A stretch of DNA of 59,319 nt from Chloroflexota bacterium (lineage in GTDB: Bacteria; Chloroflexota; Dormibacteria; CF-121). The translations under genes and the position numbers were made by a program. Location: the NCBI GenBank assembly GCA_005882775.1, contig VBDY01000129.1:1-59319 (forward strand), given 5' to 3'. Position 1 is the first letter of the stretch; each line of letters starts with the position of its first letter. This document shows, one piece after another, positions 55,013 through 59,319 of the stretch. The notes under the pieces are model-generated. The model was not told the origin of the DNA, searched no databases, and was given only the letters and a program-made list of their open reading frames with translations.

Positions 55013-57163
55013 TTACTGGATGACCGGTGGTTCGTCGATGATGACGGCCAGGTCGTCAGGTTTTTCGATCACATCCACGTCCGGGCGGCCACCGTTGTAC
55101 GAGACCTTGAAGGAAAGCCGGCCGGTCCCGATTCGCATCCCGCGGACCTCGACGTTTTTCACCATGTGAAAGGGGATCGGGTTGAGATAGACTCGGCCCG
55201 CCGTTGCGTCCGGCACGATCCCGAGCGCCGTCTGCATCAGGTGAAAGGCGGCGCCCGCTCCCCAGGCCTGCGGGTTGCAGGAGACCAGGTACTGTGCCGG
55301 TCCGGTGTTGTAGAGCATGTCGCGCTTGAACCCGCAGAACAGCTCCGGCAAACGGTAGTCGGGCATCCGGATACCGGCCTCCATGATGCCCTCGATCACC
55401 CTGGCGGCATCGTCGGCGCGCCGGTAGCGCCGCAGTCCGGCGGCCGCGATCGAGTTGTCGTGCGGCCAGACGGTGCCGTTGTGATAGCTCATCGGGTTGT
55501 AGTGGGGTGACGAGCTGGCCAGGGTGCGAATGCCCCAGCCTGAGAAGAGGTCCGGCGAGAGAAGCCTTTCGCTGACCAGCTCCGCTCGCTCGGGGTCACA
55601 GATCCCCGCCCACAGGCAATGACCGGGGTTGGAGGTGATCGAGGGAATCGGCACCTTGCGGCTGTCCAGCGCCTGCGCGTAGAACTGCTCGGAGTCCATC
55701 CAGAACTTGGCCTCGAACCGCCGCCGGAGCTCGGCCGCCTCCCGGCCCAGCTTGGCTGCCATGGCCGGTTGGTCCAGCCGTTCGAACAGCCGGCAGAGTC
55801 CGATCTTGGCCTGATAGACGTACCCCTGCACCTCGACCAGGGCCGCCGGCAGGTCGACCATCCGGCCGTCCGGGTAGAGCAGCGAATCCGAGGAGTCCTT
55901 CCATCCCTGGTTGCGCACGCCACCCCGGGCTCGCTCGCGGTATTCGACGAATCCGTCCTGGTCGAGGTCGCCGAAGCGGTCGATCCACTGGAGGGCATCG
56001 AGCAGCGCCGGCAGCATTTCGACAAAGAAGTCGCGGTCGTTGAGCCAGTCCATCATCTCAACGGCGCAGACCAGGAAGAGCGGGGTGCTGTCGACCGAGC
56101 CGTAGTAGGGGGTGTGGGGAATCTGCTTGAGGTTGGCCAGCTCCCCGAAGCGGATCTCGTGCAGGACCTTGCCGGGTTCTTCCTCGCGCTGCGGGTCCTG
56201 CTGGCGCCCCTGGTGCTCGGCCAGGTAGCGCAGGGTTCCCCGGGCGATCTCGGGGTTGATCATCAGGGTCTGGATGGACGACACCAGCGCGTCGCGGCCG
56301 AATGGAACGCTGTACCAGGGAAGTCCGGCCATGGGCAGCAGGCCGGTGTCGAATTCCTCGACCAGGACGCGCAGGTCCATCTGGCTCCGCCGGATCAGAC
56401 CTCGGTCGAGGAAGGCGTTATCGGTCCGGGTCGTGGTCGTCTGGCTGTTCCAGCGCCGGTACGAGGTCTGAAGCGCCGTCAACGCGTCGTCGTACAGATA
56501 CTCGAGGGCCGGATCGTCGGTACCGAGTCCGGGAATGATGTCGATCAGCAGGATGATGGTTTCCTTCGACTCGAGGTGGATGTCGTAGAAGACCCTGTTG
56601 CCATGCCGGCGGGATGGCTGCCGGTGGAGGAAGACCTCGGTCCGGCGTTTGACGCCGTCGAGCCCGACGTAGCTGAGGGTGATCCCCTGCTCGTTCTCCT
56701 CCACAGGGCGCTGCTGTCCGAAGAACTCGAGCTGATGACCGGACAGCGAGCCGGCGTTGGCGCGGACGTTGAAGATGTCACCGAAGTCCGCCTCGACCAG
56801 GAGCGAGCACTCGATGTCGACCGCATCCCGGCCGCAATTCTGGACGCCGATCCGCTCGTGCAGGCCGCCGTAGACGAAGCGGCTGCGCCGGATGCTCAGG
56901 CTCTGCTGCGGAATCCGGCGCTTGCCTTCGTCCATGATCAGCACCGGGTTTACCATCTGGAATGTGGCCACGTAGCTCTCGTCGACGGACGACGAGAGCA
57001 GGATCGGTTGCAGGCCGTTCAGCCGAAATTCGTAGGCTGAGAGGAAACGGGTATCGGAATAGTAGAGCCCGAGTCCTTTGAGATTCCCGGCCGGGATGTC
57101 TCCCATCTCATCGGACACGACCATGATGCGATTTTCTTTGAGGACAATCCGGCCTTCTGGCAC
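55013..57163 (-). CDS. Amylo-alpha-1,6-glucosidase (glycogen debranching-like) family protein
   Basis: GLYYSDTRFLS, AGLPW..FGRD, EEPGK..HE.R, YYGSVDSTPL, QGWKDS, SYHNGTVWPHD, LPELFCG, PQAW. Confidence 0.92.
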   Translation of the reverse strand: MPEGRIVLKENRIMVVSDEMGDIPAGNLKGLGLYYSDTRFLSAYEFRLNGLQPILLSSSVDESYVATFQMVNPVLIMDEGKRRIPQQSLSIRRSRFVYGGLHERIGVQNCGRDAVDIECSLLVEADFGDIFNVRANAGSLSGHQLEFFGQQRPVEENEQGITLSYVGLDGVKRRTEVFLHRQPSRRHGNRVFYDIHLESKETIILLIDIIPGLGTDDPALEYLYDDALTALQTSYRRWNSQTTTTRTDNAFLDRGLIRRSQMDLRVLVEEFDTGLLPMAGLPWYSVPFGRDALVSSIQTLMINPEIARGTLRYLAEHQGRQQDPQREEEPGKVLHEIRFGELANLKQIPHTPYYGSVDSTPLFLVCAVEMMDWLNDRDFFVEMLPALLDALQWIDRFGDLDQDGFVEYRERARGGVRNQGWKDSSDSLLYPDGRMVDLPAALVEVQGYVYQAKIGLCRLFERLDQPAMAAKLGREAAELRRRFEAKFWMDSEQFYAQALDSRKVPIPSITSNPGHCLWAGICDPERAELVSERLLSPDLFSGWGIRTLASSSPHYNPMSYHNGTVWPHDNSIAAAGLRRYRRADDAARVIEGIMEAGIRMPDYRLPELFCGFKRDMLYNTGPAQYLVSCNPQAWGAGAAFHLMQTALGIVPDATAGRVYLNPIPFHMVKNVEVRGMRIGTGRLSFKVSYNGGRPDVDVIEKPDDLAVIIDEPPVIQ

Positions 57164-57252
57164 AGCGTCTAAGTATAGGGGCGTACTTTTCGAATACAGT
57201 CAAAGCCAGTGGTCAATCACCTGACATTCCTCTCGAGCACGCCGGCATAGCC

Positions 57253-58602
57253 ATGGCGCTGCCACTGGTGGCCATCGTCGGCCGTCCCAACGTCGGTAAA
57301 TCAGCCCTCTTCAACCGCATCCTGGGTGAGCGTCGCGCCATCGTCGACCCGATGGCCGGGCTGACCCGTGACCGCCTCTATGCCGAGGCGGACTGGCGAG
57401 GCCGCCGCTTCACCATCGTGGACACGGCGGGACTGGTCCTGGGGAAGGAGCGCGACGAGGTTCCGGCACAGCGCGAGCTACGCCGCCGGATGGAAGAGCA
57501 GACGGGCCTGGCCATCGAAGAGGCGGACAGCATCCTGTTCGTGGTCGACGTCCGCGAGGGGCTTACTCCGATCGACCGCGACATCGCGGACCTGCTGCGC
57601 CGGTCCCGAACCCCGGTGCTGCTGGTCGCCAACAAGGTGGATGGCCGCGGGCGCGAGCACCTGGCGGCGGAGTTCTACGAGCTCGGGCTGGGTGACCCGC
57701 TCCCGATGTCGGCCATCCATGGCACCGGCGGCGGCGAGCTGCTCGACGCGCTGGTTGAAGGGTTGCCCGACTCAGGGCCCGAGCCCGAGGACGATACCCT
57801 GGCGGGGCGGATCGCCATCCTGGGCCGCCCCAATGTGGGCAAGTCCTCCTTGGTCAATGCGCTGCTGGGCGATGAGCGCACCCTGGTGACTGCCGTCCCC
57901 GGCACCACGCGTGACCCGATCGACACCTCGCTCCAGGTTGATGGGAAACGTGTGGTCCTGGTCGACACCGCCGGCATCCGCCGTCCCGGCCTGACCAGAG
58001 GGGTGGAGCAGTATTCCCTGCTCCGCGGCCTGCGTGCGATGGAACGCTCGGATGTGGCCATGCTGGTGATGGACGCGCGGGACGGGATCACGGCGCAGGA
58101 CCGCCACATCGCGGGCTACGTGGTGGAGGCGGGACGAGGGATCGTCCTGGTCCTGAACAAGTGGGACCTGCTGACCGCGGAGGAGAAGGAGGAGAAGGTG
58201 TGGCGAAAGCGGTTGCGCGATGCCTTCGACTTCGCCGCCTGGGCCCCGGTCGCCTACGTGTCAGCGAAGACCGGCCAGCGGGTGACCCAACCCCTGGAGG
58301 TTGCCCTCGAGGTGGTGGAGGAGCGGCGCCGCCGGGTAGCGACGCCCGAGCTGAACCGATGGCTGCGCAGCGTCCTGGCCGCCCGCGAGATCCCCACCCG
58401 CAAGGGCAAGCGGCTGAACGTGCTCTTCGTGACCCAGGCAGAGTCGACGACGCCGACGTTCGTGTTCTTCGTCAACGACCCCGAGCTGGTCCACTTCTCG
58501 TACCGGCGCTTCCTGGAGTCGCAGCTGCGAAAGCAGTTTGGATTTCGGGGAACACCCGTGCGCCTGGTGTTTCGTCGCCGCGGGGCGGAGCGATTAGAAT
58601 AG
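57253..58602 (+). CDS. der: Ribosome biogenesis GTPase Der (EngA)
   Basis: Two [15 protein letters not shown] GTPase domains plus KH-like YRRFLE..LR..FGF.GTP. Confidence 0.97.
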   Translation: MALPLVAIVGRPNVGKSALFNRILGERRAIVDPMAGLTRDRLYAEADWRGRRFTIVDTAGLVLGKERDEVPAQRELRRRMEEQTGLAIEEADSILFVVDVREGLTPIDRDIADLLRRSRTPVLLVANKVDGRGREHLAAEFYELGLGDPLPMSAIHGTGGGELLDALVEGLPDSGPEPEDDTLAGRIAILGRPNVGKSSLVNALLGDERTLVTAVPGTTRDPIDTSLQVDGKRVVLVDTAGIRRPGLTRGVEQYSLLRGLRAMERSDVAMLVMDARDGITAQDRHIAGYVVEAGRGIVLVLNKWDLLTAEEKEEKVWRKRLRDAFDFAAWAPVAYVSAKTGQRVTQPLEVALEVVEERRRRVATPELNRWLRSVLAAREIPTRKGKRLNVLFVTQAESTTPTFVFFVNDPELVHFSYRRFLESQLRKQFGFRGTPVRLVFRRRGAERLE

Positions 58603-58611
58603 GTCGCGCGT

Positions 58612-58688
<77 letters not shown>

Positions 58689-58708
58689 GCAGTAACCAGC
58701 TAACCGGA

Positions 58709-58912
58709 TCACCTAAACGGCTGAGTCCTCTCCCGGGGTTTCAGCCGTTCGATGGTGCAGGACAGGTGGCAGTAGCCGCCGGTCGTCTGCCGCGTGGTCG
58801 GGAGGCCGCAGAAGATACAAGGCTTCTTTCGCGTAAACAGGTTCAGGAACGCGGCGACGCCGGCGAATTTAAGCTCCCCGAATTGGTCCGGCCTGATCAG
58901 CTTGGGGCTCAT
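58709..58912 (-). CDS. Small hypothetical protein with CxxC...CHxxC motif
   Basis: CIFC and YCHLSC; GGTGAGG just upstream of ATG. Confidence 0.45.
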   Translation of the reverse strand: MSPKLIRPDQFGELKFAGVAAFLNLFTRKKPCIFCGLPTTRQTTGGYCHLSCTIERLKPRERTQPFR

Positions 58913-59187
58913 TTCCTCACCACCCTAAACGAGAATCGGTTGCCGAGCAAGCGGATCACGCGAAGAACCGCCGCGAGCGCGAGCAGGAGGCCGAGCGCCC
59001 TGAGCGGCCAGGCGAAGTCGAAGGGCGCTTCCTGGCTTCGGCCCCGGGGGCGATTCCCCGGTAGATGGTCGCGCCCAAGGCGCGCACGTCGCTGCGGCCG
59101 AAAAGGCTTCCTGGACTACTCCCGAGCCGGCCGGTCGCCGCTCGGGCCTCCGTGCGGTCGCTGGCGCCGGCCCTGACTTCAAAGCAA

Positions 59188-59223
59188 AAGCCGACCTGGA
59201 CAACCCAGGCCGGCTTCTTTTTT
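59188..59223. terminator. Probable bidirectional terminator hairpin
   Basis: AAGCCGACCTGG-ACAAC-CCAGGCCGGCTT flanked by an A run and a T run. Confidence 0.6.
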
Positions 59224-59319
59224 CAGGCTGGCCAGGTCTACTTCAGGAGGCGTCCCGAGCGGCGAAAGGGTCTGACATACGGGATCGAGGGCCCAATTCA
59301 GATAGCGCGATTCCTGCCT

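Overview
High-GC bacterial chromosomal window with about 52 CDS and one tRNA-Pro(GGG). It is probably from a monoderm soil lineage (LAxTG sortase signal; many genes with a -10 box just 6-9 nt before the start codon), such as Dormibacterota, Chloroflexota or Actinomycetota, but taxonomy cannot be fixed from this window. No CRISPR, rRNA, transposase or prophage was seen. Contents in order: stressosome operon (rsbRSTX) feeding an RsbU_N-histidine kinase; S9 peptidase; cstA module with a CxxC protein, two small paralogs and two ArsA/Get3-like ATPases with complementary degenerate motifs; cluster of exported proteins including a vanadium haloperoxidase-family enzyme; class A PBP; sortase-anchored double cupredoxin; ABC importer with a phosphodiesterase; kinase/GcvT-family/HisN operon; malate synthase; GlcG-kinase pair; D,D-carboxypeptidase; class III cyclase-ATPase; sulfur amino acid genes; glucosylglycerate-type cluster; der; tRNA-Pro. 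The strongest novel signal is a Tat-signal ORF (16628..17515) with a single in-frame UGA at codon 135 followed by a SECIS-like hairpin, i.e. a candidate uncharacterised exported selenoprotein directly downstream of the haloperoxidase gene. All family calls come from motif recognition by eye, not from database searches.
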